Shown in pieces: positions 38,423 to 48,765 of a stretch of DNA of 64,000 bases. The notes beneath the pieces were generated by a model, which worked only from the letters and a program-made list of their open reading frames with translations, searched no databases and was not told where the DNA came from. The stretch's first letter is position 1, and each line of letters starts with the position of its first letter. The position numbers and the translations under genes were made by a program. Location: the NCBI RefSeq assembly GCF_002087085.1, contig NZ_MWQY01000017.1, positions 1 through 64,000 on the forward strand, given 5' to 3'.

Positions 38423-39169
38423 TTATTCCGTTTTTTCCACCCCGGTGCCAGGCGATTCAAGCCAGAGGGCAGCGGAGTACTGTGGTCCTTCCCCATGATA
38501 CCACCTGCCCGGGGAAGCGTGAAAGTGCATATTCAGGAGCTTCAGCAAAATTCTTCCCCTTTCCCCATGGATTGTTCCGTTTTCATGATCTTCCGGAAAA
38601 TTCGCGCTGACCATGGGAAAATAATCCCCTCCCAGGTTTTCCAGGAGCTTCAGTCCGGGATCCAGAAGAGATTCGTTTTCAGAGCCGAAGAGCACCGGAA
38701 GGACTCTACCGGAAAAACCGAGATTCCCCAGGGCACTCAGGATCAGATCGAAACAGGGTTCTTCTTCAAAGGGGATTCTCCCAGGACGAAAGGCAGATCC
38801 CATGCCGGCAAGCTCGTCAAGTTTTTCCCGGGGAACAGGAAGCACGCCGAAGGGGGTGTGAAATCCCGAATAGTCGGGCAGCCAGATGCTCTCTTCTTCT
38901 TCCCTGTGTACCAGGGCCATGATGACTACCGCCTTCACGGAAGAAAGAGGAAGCTGTTGAAGCGCCCAGGCCAGGCCGGAACCTGCATAGTCCAGCCCGC
39001 CATGGGGAACCATGGCGGCGGCAGCACGTACAGGCTCAGCCGGAGGGAGGGCGGCCCTGCGTTCAGTCATAAGGGCGGAGAAATCCGTCCTGTCCCGGGG
39101 AAAAAAATGGCCGTCGGAGAGCAGGGGGCGAATACCGTCCTCTGCGGCGGAGAGGGGATAATCCATCAT
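38423..39169 (-). CDS. MEMO1-like protein (AmmeMemoRadiSam protein B), short and divergent
   Basis: G.FFP, MVPHGG.DY.G, TPFG.LPV; adjacent to amrA. Confidence 0.7.
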   Translation of the reverse strand: MMDYPLSAAEDGIRPLLSDGHFFPRDRTDFSALMTERRAALPPAEPVRAAAAMVPHGGLDYAGSGLAWALQQLPLSSVKAVVIMALVHREEEESIWLPDYSGFHTPFGVLPVPREKLDELAGMGSAFRPGRIPFEEEPCFDLILSALGNLGFSGRVLPVLFGSENESLLDPGLKLLENLGGDYFPMVSANFPEDHENGTIHGERGRILLKLLNMHFHASPGRWYHGEGPQYSAALWLESPGTGVEKTE

Positions 39170-40587
39170 GAGTCATGGCCTTCCAGAAGACGGCGGAGCC
39201 GGTCTTCATCCATGCTGATGGCGAGATTTTTCTCCTGGGTCGGGAGGACCGTCCCGGTCTTTCCCTCCCGGGGGCGACGCAGGTATTTTACCTGGGTATA
39301 GTAGCAGTCTCCTCCACCGCCACGACGGGCCTTGCTGTAATGGAGCGCCAGGTTTCCGGCGTCCAGCAGAACCTCCAGGGGAGGGCTCTTGCCCTTCGGT
39401 CCCCGAAGGAAGATGTGCCCCCCGGGATAATCCCTGGCATGGACCCAGTAATCGTTGCCCCTGGCCCATTCCCTGAGCAGCTTGTCGCTCTCCCGGGCAT
39501 TACGCCCGGCAATGATCTGCCATTCCCGGGAAAAGAAATATGCTCCGGGGCGGCTGCTTTCTTCTGCCGGCTTTCTGCTCCGTTTTTCCGGAGGCCCGGG
39601 GATTCCTTCAAGGTCGGCAAGCTCCCTGGCCTTTTCGCAGGTATCGACAAAGTGCTCTGCCTGATCGGCTTCCCGGCGTATATCATTAATCTCTTCCAGC
39701 GCCCGTTTCCGCCGGCGTTCTTCCTTTTTCCTCAGATTGAAGTATCTCTGGGCGTTCTCCTGGGGAGACAGGGCGGGATCAAGGGGAATCTGAAGGGTTT
39801 TTTTCCCGCTGAAGTCCTCCGCCTCGAGCCAGCGGTCCCCGGGCTTTATCCTATGCAGGTTCGCCAGAATAAGGTCCCCGGTGGATTCTTCGCCGGGAAG
39901 GTTCTCCTCCCGTGCTGCGGCGGCTTCGAGTCCATTCAGCCGCCCCCGCAGGGAGCTGCTGTAGCGCCGCCATCGGTTCAGGAGCTCGTTTCTTTTCTGC
40001 CTGAAGGCCTCTTCGGTTTCCTGTCGTGTGTAGAGTTCTTCAACCAGGGAGTTGTAATCCCTGTGCCCGGAATAGTCCTCGAGGGAAAAACGTGCATCCG
40101 GTTCCTGGTACTCTTCCTGCCAGGGAAGAAAGCTGCCTCCCGATACCTCTCCCCGTGCAGGACGCCGGTAAAAGGCGTCGATGATCTCTCCTGTCTCCCG
40201 ACAGAGGATTATGTTTCCCGCGTTTCCCCAGAGACGGAGCCACAGACTGAGGGTTTCGTCTCCCTGAAGAATCTGAATCTCCACCAGGCGCTGGCCGGGC
40301 ACCTGACGGGCGTCAAGGATTCTGCAGCCTTTTATTCTGGACCTCAGCAGCTGGGAAAAGCGCTGCAGTTTGATCTGACGTTTTACCTTGCCCGTAATTC
40401 TGTGAAGCCGGGTTTTTCCCTGTTTCAGGGAGATATAGAGTCCAAGACGGCCCCGGGGACCTTTTCCAGGCTTGAACAGTTCAAGCACCAGAGAGGAATA
40501 ATCGGGCTGAATGATGTTCTGAATAAAGCCCCCGGAGAGCTCGAGTTCCGTGAGGATTTGATCGATCTCGCGCCAGTTGAGGGACAT
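39166..40587 (-). CDS. NFACT/RqcH (FbpA-like) ribosome quality control family protein
   Basis: MSLNW.EI, GNIIL, LDPALSPQENAQRYF, GRNA..SD, WVHARDYPGGH, YTQVKY. Confidence 0.9.
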   Translation of the reverse strand: MSLNWREIDQILTELELSGGFIQNIIQPDYSSLVLELFKPGKGPRGRLGLYISLKQGKTRLHRITGKVKRQIKLQRFSQLLRSRIKGCRILDARQVPGQRLVEIQILQGDETLSLWLRLWGNAGNIILCRETGEIIDAFYRRPARGEVSGGSFLPWQEEYQEPDARFSLEDYSGHRDYNSLVEELYTRQETEEAFRQKRNELLNRWRRYSSSLRGRLNGLEAAAAREENLPGEESTGDLILANLHRIKPGDRWLEAEDFSGKKTLQIPLDPALSPQENAQRYFNLRKKEERRRKRALEEINDIRREADQAEHFVDTCEKARELADLEGIPGPPEKRSRKPAEESSRPGAYFFSREWQIIAGRNARESDKLLREWARGNDYWVHARDYPGGHIFLRGPKGKSPPLEVLLDAGNLALHYSKARRGGGGDCYYTQVKYLRRPREGKTGTVLPTQEKNLAISMDEDRLRRLLEGHDS

Positions 40588-41133
40588 TTATTCGCCGATA
40601 ATCCCGGCGCAGGAGCGGAAGGTCTCAAGATCAGCGGCGGAGAAAAAGACAAAGATTACTTTTTTGGGAAGGTCATTCTCCCGCAGAAAATCTGCCACCG
40701 TTGTATAGGCGATCGGAGCAGCCTGCTCCTTCGGAAAGCCGTAAACCCCGGTTGAGATGGCGGGAAAGGCGACGCTCCTGCAGCGCTTTTCCCTGGCGAT
40801 GTTGAGACTGTTCAGGTAGGCCTCGGCAAGCTGTTTCCGGGCGACCTCATCGTCTCCGCCCCAGCGGGGACCCACGGTATGAATGACGTATTTTGAAGGA
40901 AGGTTTCCTGCGGTGCTCAGTACCGCCTTCCCCACCGGCATGCCGTGGGGGTACTCCTTCTGCCGGATTTCCCGGCAAGCTGCCAGGATCGCCGCGCCTC
41001 CTGCGCGGTGGATGGCCCCATCTACTCCGCCTCCGCCCATGAGACTTGAGTTGGCTGCGTTGACAATCGCATCCACCTGGAGTGTGGTAATGTCGCCCTG
41101 AATGATCTCTATCCTCTCTTCAGTTGTCTCCAT
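40588..41133 (-). CDS. Macro-domain O-acetyl-ADP-ribose deacetylase (YmdB-like)
   Basis: GDIT, DAIVNAANSSLMGGGGVDGAIHRAGG, VIHTVGP, AFPAISTGVYGFP. Confidence 0.95.
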   Translation of the reverse strand: METTEERIEIIQGDITTLQVDAIVNAANSSLMGGGGVDGAIHRAGGAAILAACREIRQKEYPHGMPVGKAVLSTAGNLPSKYVIHTVGPRWGGDDEVARKQLAEAYLNSLNIAREKRCRSVAFPAISTGVYGFPKEQAAPIAYTTVADFLRENDLPKKVIFVFFSAADLETFRSCAGIIGE

Positions 41134-41161
41134 CCCTTATCCTCCTGCTCGATCTGCGTTT

Positions 41162-42241
41162 TTAGAGTTCCCCATTTGTAATACAGGAAAGCTCATGGAT
41201 AAAGCTCTCCATGTCTTTTCCGGAACCTATACTGATACGCAGAAAATCCCTGGTGCGGGGCTTGGAAAAGAACCGGACCAGGAATCCCCTGTCTTTCAAT
41301 ATAGCATACAGTTTTTTTGCAGTGGTAAAAGAGGGAGCGGCAAAAAGGAAATTGGCCTTTGATGGAAGTACCCGCCAGCCCGCATCCGTCAGTTTTGCCG
41401 CGGTCCATTCCCTGACGGCAATCAGCTCGTCCCGGCATTTTTCAAAATAGCCGGTATCCTCCAGGGCCGCAACGGCAATCTCCTGTCCCAGACGGGATAC
41501 GGGGTAGGAGTTGAAGGCGTCCTTGGTTCTGGTCAGTGCTTCTATCAGATCCGGATGACCGGCGGCGTAGCCCAGTCGCAGCCCGGCCAGGGAATAGCTT
41601 TTGGAGAGGGTACCGACTACAAGCAGATTCGGATAGGTATTTACAAGGTCGACCACGCTTTCTCCGCCAAAGTCCACGTATGCCTCGTCCACGGCTATCA
41701 GACGGTCCTGCCTGGTTGATTCAAGCAGAGTGATAATCTCGCTTCTTGTAACAGCGATTCCCGTGGGGGCATTGGGGTTTGCCAGGATTATCCCGCTGTA
41801 ATCGGATTCGGCGGCGATTTTCCTGAAGAGCCCGGTATCCACAGAAAAATCCTCCCCCAGGGGGACCTCCCTGTACGAAAGTCCGTGAAAGGAACAGAAG
41901 ACCGGATAAAAGCTGTAGCTTACGTCAGGAAAAAGGACAGGACCATACTCTTCGTCAAAGAAGGCGTAAAAAAGATGGGCGAGGACTTCGTCCGAACCGT
42001 TGCCGCAGAAGATGTTTTCCTTTCCCAGGCCGAAGCGCTTGGCGAAGGCTTCCCTCAGGCGTGTCGAGTCCGGGTCCGGATAGAGTCTCAGACGGGATGC
42101 ATCAAAGCTGTGCAGAAGCTCATCCACCCCCGGGGCCGGGGGAAAAGGGTTCTCGTTGGTGTTCAGCTTTATATACTGTCTGTTCTGGGGCTGTTCTCCC
42201 GGAACATAGGGAGTAAGGGCCCGCACTTTTCTTGAATACAT
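41162..42241 (-). CDS. hisC: Histidinol-phosphate aminotransferase
   Basis: PYVPGEQP, KLNTNENP, GNGSDE, NPNAPTG, DEAYVDF, TLSKSYSLAGLRLG; ATG 42241 with AGGAG. Confidence 0.93.
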   Translation of the reverse strand: MYSRKVRALTPYVPGEQPQNRQYIKLNTNENPFPPAPGVDELLHSFDASRLRLYPDPDSTRLREAFAKRFGLGKENIFCGNGSDEVLAHLFYAFFDEEYGPVLFPDVSYSFYPVFCSFHGLSYREVPLGEDFSVDTGLFRKIAAESDYSGIILANPNAPTGIAVTRSEIITLLESTRQDRLIAVDEAYVDFGGESVVDLVNTYPNLLVVGTLSKSYSLAGLRLGYAAGHPDLIEALTRTKDAFNSYPVSRLGQEIAVAALEDTGYFEKCRDELIAVREWTAAKLTDAGWRVLPSKANFLFAAPSFTTAKKLYAILKDRGFLVRFFSKPRTRDFLRISIGSGKDMESFIHELSCITNGEL

Positions 42242-42260
42242 GATATCTCCTCTGCTGTGC

Positions 42261-43574
42261 TCAAAAATCCTGCACTTCCTTGACCGCACCGATTAAATAG
42301 AAGGACCCCATCACCAGGATCGGCTCATGCGGAGATGCCAGCTCCTGTACCCGGCGTACCGCTTCTTCCGTGTCTGGGATCAGTTCGGTCCCCGGGAAAT
42401 TCCGGGATACCAGCTCGTGAACCCTATCCGGTCTGCTCGCACGGAAAGTCCCGGGTCTGGTTACGACGATACGGGAGAGCCCGTCGGGCAGAGCCGCGAC
42501 AACTCCCTCCACATCCTTGTCCTCGGCGATGGCGAAAAGAAGGACGCCTCCTTCAGGATGTCGTGTCCGGAAAAGGGCTGCAGTGGCCTCTGCCGAACGG
42601 GGTGTGTGGGCACCGTCGTATATCCATATCCTGTCCCCGGATCTGACGGTCTCGAAGCGGCCCGGGAGCCGGGTGGATTCAATGGCCCCGGTATATACTT
42701 CTGCCGGGATGTTCCCCACTTTTCCTGCCGTAAGCTGTACCGCCCGGGCAGCCAGGGCGGCGTTCATTCCCTGGTGCCTCCCGGGAATTCCTGGTCTCGC
42801 ATGAATACAGGGACCTCCGGGAAGCTGAAACTCTACTGTTTCATTTTCCCCCGGGGAAACACGAAGTTCAGTGAGTCTGAACAGGGGACTGTGCCGCTTA
42901 TCTGCGATCTCCGTGAGGACCGGGAAGGCCTCCGGATTGAGGTCGCCGAGGAGTACCGGAATCCCCTGTTTAATGATCCCGCCCTTTTCTGCTGCAACTT
43001 CGGCAATGCTGTTCCCAAGGAGCCGGGTATGTTCAAGCTCGATGGATGTGATTACCGAAATCTCGGGATTTACGATATTGGTTGCATCCAGCCGTCCCCC
43101 CAGACCTGTCTCCAGCACTGCCCACTGACAGCCGGCTTCGCGAAAAGCCAGAAGGGCCGTAAGCGTCAGAAGCTCGAAGGTCGTAGGGTTCGATCCGTCG
43201 CCGAACCAGTCGGGCCGAAAGGCTCCGCGTATGCGATTTATCGTATCCAGGAGGATCTCTCCCGTCAGATATTCCCCGTCCAGCATGAAACGTTCACGGT
43301 AACTTTGTACATGAGGGGAGGCGTACACCCCGGTTCGATAGCCCGCCTCCCGTAATATGCTTCCCGCAAAGGCACAGGTCGAACCTTTACCCTTGGAACC
43401 GGCGACATGAATGATGGAGAAGGATTCCTGGGGATCGCCGAACTCTCCGGCAAGGAACCTCATGCGGTCCAGCCTGAAGGGCCGCAGATTATCCGCGGTA
43501 CGGCGTTCGAAATTGGTAAAACCCTCTATCCAGCCGAAGGCCTCCGCGAGGGGGGCGGGAAGGGCTTCCCTCAT
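42261..43574 (-). CDS. folC: Folylpolyglutamate/dihydrofolate synthase
   Basis: HVAGSKGKGS, SPHV..YRER, ETGLGGRLDATN, EKGGIIK, DGAHT, GSFYL. Confidence 0.95.
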   Translation of the reverse strand: MREALPAPLAEAFGWIEGFTNFERRTADNLRPFRLDRMRFLAGEFGDPQESFSIIHVAGSKGKGSTCAFAGSILREAGYRTGVYASPHVQSYRERFMLDGEYLTGEILLDTINRIRGAFRPDWFGDGSNPTTFELLTLTALLAFREAGCQWAVLETGLGGRLDATNIVNPEISVITSIELEHTRLLGNSIAEVAAEKGGIIKQGIPVLLGDLNPEAFPVLTEIADKRHSPLFRLTELRVSPGENETVEFQLPGGPCIHARPGIPGRHQGMNAALAARAVQLTAGKVGNIPAEVYTGAIESTRLPGRFETVRSGDRIWIYDGAHTPRSAEATAALFRTRHPEGGVLLFAIAEDKDVEGVVAALPDGLSRIVVTRPGTFRASRPDRVHELVSRNFPGTELIPDTEEAVRRVQELASPHEPILVMGSFYLIGAVKEVQDF

Positions 43575-44869
43575 CTTCTTTTCTGGACCGCGTTCTTGTG
43601 TGCGGGAAAACCCTCGTATTCAGCGAGAACTGCAACATGTTCCGCCAGAAGGGCATTGCCGGCTTTGGTGGCGTAGATAACAGAAGAGTACTTCATGAAA
43701 TCCCGTACCGAAACAGGGGAATAGGTCCGGGCTCGTCCGCCGGTGGGCAGGACAGCGTTGGCCCCCACTGCATAATTGGCTGCAGAAAAGGGTGTATTGT
43801 CTCCGAGGATTATCTCCCCGGCGTTCCGGATGAGGGGAAGCACGTCGAAGGGTTCATGACACTGTACCTGCAGGTGTTCCGGTGCATAGAGGTTGACGAT
43901 CTCCGCAGCCTCCTCTATCGAGTCGGCGTAAATGACAGCGCCATAGCCGGAAAAGACGGAGCTGACAAAATCCTTCCTGGGCTGGGGCAGTTTTTCAATT
44001 TCCGCGGCAAGATGTTCAGCAGCCCTGCCCGCCACCGTCTCATCGGTACATACCAGAACTGCAGAGCTGTCGGCACCGTGCTCAGCTTCGGTCAAAAGAT
44101 CGATGGCAAGGAGGTATGGATCCGCCTTGGCGTCGGCAAGCACTGCTGATTCCGAAGGACCCGCCGGCAGTCCCACATCAACGGTGTCGGACAGGAGCCG
44201 CTTTGCAGCGGCCACGTACATACTTCCGGGTCCGATAATCTTGGCAACCGGTTTTACTGATTCTGTTCCCAGGGCCATGGCGGCGACTCCGTGGGCCCCT
44301 CCGAAGCGGTAAATCTCCTCTATGCCGCAGATCTCCGCGGTATAGAGACAGGCAGGATCGATGCTTCCGTCCCTGTTGGGCGGAGTAAGAACCGCAATCC
44401 GCGGGACTCCTGCCACGGTGGCAGGGACACCGAGCATGTAGAGCATGGAGGGAAAACTCCCGCGACCCCGGGGAACATAGAGGGCTGCCGAGTCGATGGG
44501 GCTTGCACGTTCACCGGCAAACACACCGGGCCGAATTTCCATCATCTCCATGGACCTGGAAAGCTGGGCCTCATGATAAGAACGGACATTCTCGATGCAG
44601 AAGAGCAGAGCATCCTTGACCTCGTCCGCCAGGTTTTCCCTGGCCTGATCAAACTCCTGCTCCCCGACGCGGAAGGGGTGGAGGTCCAGGTCGACCTTGT
44701 CGAGTTCGAGACTCAGCTCCTTCAGCGCGGCGTCTCCGTTATCCTGTATCCGCCGGATAATGTCATGAACCGGGTCCATTACACTGTTGATGTTGATTTC
44801 TGATCGCTGCAGAATAGAGGTTTTCTGTTCATTGTTTAAGTCGCGCCAGCGCCGTACCGGTATATCCAT
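43571..44869 (-). CDS. hisD: Histidinol dehydrogenase
   Basis: YVPRG, GPGS.YV.AAK, PAGPSE, EAEHG.DS, APEHL, GANAVLPTGG. Confidence 0.88.
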   Translation of the reverse strand: MDIPVRRWRDLNNEQKTSILQRSEININSVMDPVHDIIRRIQDNGDAALKELSLELDKVDLDLHPFRVGEQEFDQARENLADEVKDALLFCIENVRSYHEAQLSRSMEMMEIRPGVFAGERASPIDSAALYVPRGRGSFPSMLYMLGVPATVAGVPRIAVLTPPNRDGSIDPACLYTAEICGIEEIYRFGGAHGVAAMALGTESVKPVAKIIGPGSMYVAAAKRLLSDTVDVGLPAGPSESAVLADAKADPYLLAIDLLTEAEHGADSSAVLVCTDETVAGRAAEHLAAEIEKLPQPRKDFVSSVFSGYGAVIYADSIEEAAEIVNLYAPEHLQVQCHEPFDVLPLIRNAGEIILGDNTPFSAANYAVGANAVLPTGGRARTYSPVSVRDFMKYSSVIYATKAGNALLAEHVAVLAEYEGFPAHKNAVQKRR

Positions 44870-44945
44870 CCCATCCTCCGGCTGTAACTGTAGTACGAGC
44901 CAATTCCTCTGGTCAATACAGAACCTTTTTCTTATAATGACGCTG

Positions 44946-45797
44946 ATGTGTGTTCCAGATCATCCTGCGGATATTGATTTTTTCCCCAAGCCCCTGGTCA
45001 TGGGTATAATAAATTGTACCCCCGATTCCTTTTTCCCCTCATCCCGGGCCGCCGCTCTGGCGGATGCCTCCAGAAAAGCGAGACAGCTGATTGCGGAGGG
45101 TGCTCACATCCTCGACCTGGGAGGGGAATCGTCCCGGCCGGGAGCCGATTATGTGGATGAGGCCGAAGAGCTGCGCAGGGTCATTCCCGTGGTGGAGGAG
45201 ATCCGGAAAACCTCTCAGATCCCCATCAGCATCGATACCCGGAAAGCCGGCGTCGCAGAGGCTGCCTTTAAGGCGGGTGCCGACATTATCAATGATATCT
45301 CCGCTCTGCAGGATGATGCAGCCATGGCAGGGATAATAGCGGATTATGGCGGATACGTCGTCCTGATGCATAAAAAGGGCAGCCCCCGGGATATGCAGCT
45401 TGAACCCCACTACGTGAACGTCCTGGATGAGGTACTGGCCGAGCTACAGCTGGCGGTGGAGAAGGCTCTGAGGGCGGGTATTAAAAAGGAGAAGATTATT
45501 CTCGATCCGGGAATAGGCTTCGGCAAGCGGCATCAGGATAATCTCGACCTTCTCAGAAATATACCCCGGATCAACGAGCTGGGATATCCGGTGCTGATAG
45601 GTCATTCGAGAAAATCCTTCCTGGAAAAGATTTGCGGCCGTGGGGTGGACGAGCGGATTTATGCAAGCATAAGCGCCGGGGTACTGGCTCAACTGAAGGG
45701 TGCCGCTGTACTGCGGGTTCATGATGTGGCCGCGACCCTGGATGCCGCAGCGGTCGTGCGGGCTGTAGAAGGAGAAGGCACTGTATGGAGTGGCTGA
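44946..45797 (+). CDS. folP: Dihydropteroate synthase
   Basis: MGIINCTPDSF, GGESSRPG, ISIDT, DPGIGFGK, SRKSF, RVHDV. Confidence 0.96.
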   Translation: MCVPDHPADIDFFPKPLVMGIINCTPDSFFPSSRAAALADASRKARQLIAEGAHILDLGGESSRPGADYVDEAEELRRVIPVVEEIRKTSQIPISIDTRKAGVAEAAFKAGADIINDISALQDDAAMAGIIADYGGYVVLMHKKGSPRDMQLEPHYVNVLDEVLAELQLAVEKALRAGIKKEKIILDPGIGFGKRHQDNLDLLRNIPRINELGYPVLIGHSRKSFLEKICGRGVDERIYASISAGVLAQLKGAAVLRVHDVAATLDAAAVVRAVEGEGTVWSG

Positions 45798-46588
45798 ACC
45801 AGATCTGGCTCTTCCGGGATGTAATCCGTCCCCTTCTGGATATCCTCATTCTCTCCTTTATTATCTATCAGATTTACCAGATCCTCGTTCAGACCAGGGC
45901 CATTCAGCTGGTAAAGGGTGCCTTTCTGATGACCCTGATCTATGTTCTGGCCTTTTTCCTGGAGCTTTCCACCCTGCTGTGGATCATGAACGGTCTTGCC
46001 ACGGTTCTTGTCATTATTATCGCCATCGTATTTCAGCCGGAACTGCGGAATATTTTTACCACCATCGGCCGGGGAGAGTGGCTCAGACTGCAGAACAGGG
46101 GTACTTCCTACCAGCTGGACAGTGTTCTGAATGCCGTGGAGGTTCTTTCCGGGAGGCAGAGGGGTGCGCTCATCGTATTCAGCCTCAAGGTCGGCTTAAA
46201 GAATATAATCGAAACCGGCACCCGCCTGAATGCGGACATCAGTTCTTCCCTGATCCTGACGATCTTCGGCCATGATACTCCCCTGCATGACGGGGCCATT
46301 GTTCTCCAGGGGGGAGAGATCGTTTCCGCCGGCTGTTTTCTTCCCCTCTCAGAGCAGTCGGACATCCGCCGCAGCTTTGGAACCCGCCACCGGGCGGCCC
46401 TGGGGCTGGCGGAAGAGACCGATGCCGCGGTTCTTATCGTGTCCGAAGAGACCGGCGCTATTTCCCTGGCCTATAACGCCAATCTCTACTACGATCTTAC
46501 AGTCCAGGAGGTTCGCCTGACCTTGAGACGACTCCTGAACATCCACGAGGATGAACGGGAAGAGGAGGCTGCCGCAATTGAATCCTAG
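45785..46588 (+). CDS. cdaA: Diadenylate cyclase CdaA
   Basis: 3 TM helices, FQPELR, PLHDGA, GTRHRAALG, VSEETG. Confidence 0.96.
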   Translation: MEWLNQIWLFRDVIRPLLDILILSFIIYQIYQILVQTRAIQLVKGAFLMTLIYVLAFFLELSTLLWIMNGLATVLVIIIAIVFQPELRNIFTTIGRGEWLRLQNRGTSYQLDSVLNAVEVLSGRQRGALIVFSLKVGLKNIIETGTRLNADISSSLILTIFGHDTPLHDGAIVLQGGEIVSAGCFLPLSEQSDIRRSFGTRHRAALGLAEETDAAVLIVSEETGAISLAYNANLYYDLTVQEVRLTLRRLLNIHEDEREEEAAAIES

Positions 46589-47540
46589 ACAGCTGCTTGA
46601 ACGCATAGCCCATAACTGGCCGGTAAAGGTTCTGTCCGTAGCCCTGGCGGTGCTTCTTTTTCTGTTCTACAGAATATCAAGCCTGGAGGAACGTTTTTTC
46701 AGTGTACCCCTGGATCTCAGGATCAACGAAAACCTGGTACCCGCAGGTCCCTATCCGCGAAACGCCAGGGTTACAATCCGCGGTGACCAGGAAGCTGTAT
46801 TCAATATTATCGAGGACGATATACAGGTTTTCGCCGACTTTACCGATTTCCGGCGGGAGGGTGTCTTCAGGGCCCCCCTGCAGTATCACAGGCAGGGTAC
46901 TGCCCTTAACGTTGATTATCTTGAAATAAGTGTTGAACCGGTTGAGTTGAGGCTGGAACTGGAAGAAAAACGGGAGAAGATAGTGGATGTCGTTCCCAAC
47001 ATTGTCGGTTATCCGGCCCGGGGCTACGAGCTCGGACAGTATTTCGTTTCCCCCGAAAAGATCCGTATAGAAGGCCCGAAAAGCAGCGTACAGGATCTGC
47101 GGTCCATCATGACCGATCCCATCGATCTCACCAATCTGCGCAGTTCCATAACCCTCAAAGTCGGTTTTGAAACAGCCCCCGAGGATATGCTCCGTTTTCC
47201 CGATTTCAAGGAAGTCGAATTCCGGGGCATTATTCAGGAGACCCGGCTTATCAGAACCTTCGATAACATCGATATACTGGTGCTGGATATGGACGATGAG
47301 TTCAGAATCAGTTCCGAGATTCCGGAGGGCAGTATCAAATTCCAGGGAACCCAGCTCGTTCTTGAAACCGTCAATCCTGAGGATTTTTCCCTGGTTATTG
47401 ATGGAAGTTTTATATCTTCCCCCGGAAGCTACCGCCTCGCCGTGGAAGCCGAGGTTCCTTCCGACATACTGATATTAAGTTACGAACCCGAAGAGATAAA
47501 CCTGAGGGTTGAAGCGGCGGACGAGACGGAGGGTTTATGA
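46578..47540 (+). CDS. cdaR: CdaR (YbbR-like) regulator
   Basis: NW.VK..S..LA..LF TM, YbbR repeats; follows cdaA. Confidence 0.85.
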   Translation: MNPRQLLERIAHNWPVKVLSVALAVLLFLFYRISSLEERFFSVPLDLRINENLVPAGPYPRNARVTIRGDQEAVFNIIEDDIQVFADFTDFRREGVFRAPLQYHRQGTALNVDYLEISVEPVELRLELEEKREKIVDVVPNIVGYPARGYELGQYFVSPEKIRIEGPKSSVQDLRSIMTDPIDLTNLRSSITLKVGFETAPEDMLRFPDFKEVEFRGIIQETRLIRTFDNIDILVLDMDDEFRISSEIPEGSIKFQGTQLVLETVNPEDFSLVIDGSFISSPGSYRLAVEAEVPSDILILSYEPEEINLRVEAADETEGL

Positions 47541-47917
47541 TCCTGGGAATAGGAGTCGATATTGTGCATGTCAACCGCATGGCCCATTGGCTTGAAAGGC
47601 CGGAACTGATGCACCGTTTTTTTCACCCTTCGGAAATCGAAGATGCCCTGAGACGGGGAAAATCTTCCGCTCTGTCTCTGGCCGCCCGTTTCGCCGCCAA
47701 GGAAGCTTTCGGCAAAGCCCTGGGTACGGGACTGCACGGACTGATCCTGAAAGAGATACGGGTAAAAAACAACCGTTACGGCAAACCGGATATCGAGCTC
47801 CTGGGGAGGGCGAAAAAAACCCTGGAGGAGATGGGAGGCAAGACTATCCATCTTACCATGACCCATGAACGGGACAACGCTGTTGCCATGGTGGTTCTCG
47901 AAGGAGAGGGACAATGA
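47537..47917 (+). CDS. acpS: Holo-ACP synthase
   Basis: GIGVDIV, ARFAAKEAFGKALGTG, GKP, THE. Confidence 0.96.
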   Translation: MILGIGVDIVHVNRMAHWLERPELMHRFFHPSEIEDALRRGKSSALSLAARFAAKEAFGKALGTGLHGLILKEIRVKNNRYGKPDIELLGRAKKTLEEMGGKTIHLTMTHERDNAVAMVVLEGEGQ

Positions 47918-48765
47918 ACAAGACCTCATTTTTTTCGAAAAAACCGATCTCCTGTCCTGTATGCGGTTCCAGCTTCCACCGGGAAGAGATGCTCACCGGA
48001 AGCGGACGCCTGATCGCAGGGAATCTTACTGAAGAACTCCGCCGGCTGTACGAGGTAAACAAAAAATTCGGAGAGGTGAATCCCCTGGTTTACCCGATTA
48101 CCGTCTGTCCCTCCTGTTTTTTTGCCGCCTATCCGGCTGATTTTTCCGATGTTCCCCTTGAATCGGTTCCGGAACTCAAGAAAAACAGCGAAAAACGGGT
48201 GGCGGTTATACGTCCCATATTTCCCGAGCTGGAATTTCGTGAACCCCGGGGCCTTAAGGAGGGAGTGGCCGCCTACTATTTTGCCCTGATGTGCTACGAT
48301 TACTTTCCGAAGTTTACGGCCCCGACAATCAAGCAGGGGCTCTCATCCCTGAGGGCGGCCTGGCTGTGTAACGATCTGCACACCGCGATGCCCAACGAAA
48401 ACTACGACTATATGGCCAGGCTCTTTTACCGGAAAGCGCGTTTTTTCTACACCCTCGCGGTGGAATACGAATCCGATGGAACCGAGAGCCTGGGAAATGC
48501 CGGCAATCTGGGACCGGATCTGGATAAAAACTACGGTTACGACGGGGTCCTCTATCTTGCCTCCTACCTTGAATATATGTACGGTCCCCAGGAGGATCCG
48601 GAAAAGCGGGAGAAGTCTCTGCATCTGGCAAAACGTATTGTTGCCAGGATATTCGGTATGGGCAAAGCCACCAAGAGCAAGCCGGAGGCAATACTGAACT
48701 GCTCCCGGGATCTTTTTGATTCCATAAACGAGGCCTTGAAGGAGTTCGGGGGGGCTGATGCCTAG
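47914..48765 (+). CDS. DUF2225-like Zn-ribbon/helical protein
   Basis: CPVC...F, VNPL.Y...VCPSC.FAA, LRAAW. Confidence 0.75.
   Translation: MNKTSFFSKKPISCPVCGSSFHREEMLTGSGRLIAGNLTEELRRLYEVNKKFGEVNPLVYPITVCPSCFFAAYPADFSDVPLESVPELKKNSEKRVAVIRPIFPELEFREPRGLKEGVAAYYFALMCYDYFPKFTAPTIKQGLSSLRAAWLCNDLHTAMPNENYDYMARLFYRKARFFYTLAVEYESDGTESLGNAGNLGPDLDKNYGYDGVLYLASYLEYMYGPQEDPEKREKSLHLAKRIVARIFGMGKATKSKPEAILNCSRDLFDSINEALKEFGGADA

Noticed and set aside
37910..40755. Long plus-strand ORFs of 463 aa and 526 aa
   Set aside because: Antisense shadows of amrA, MEMO and NFACT in GC-rich coding DNA, with no recognisable motifs.
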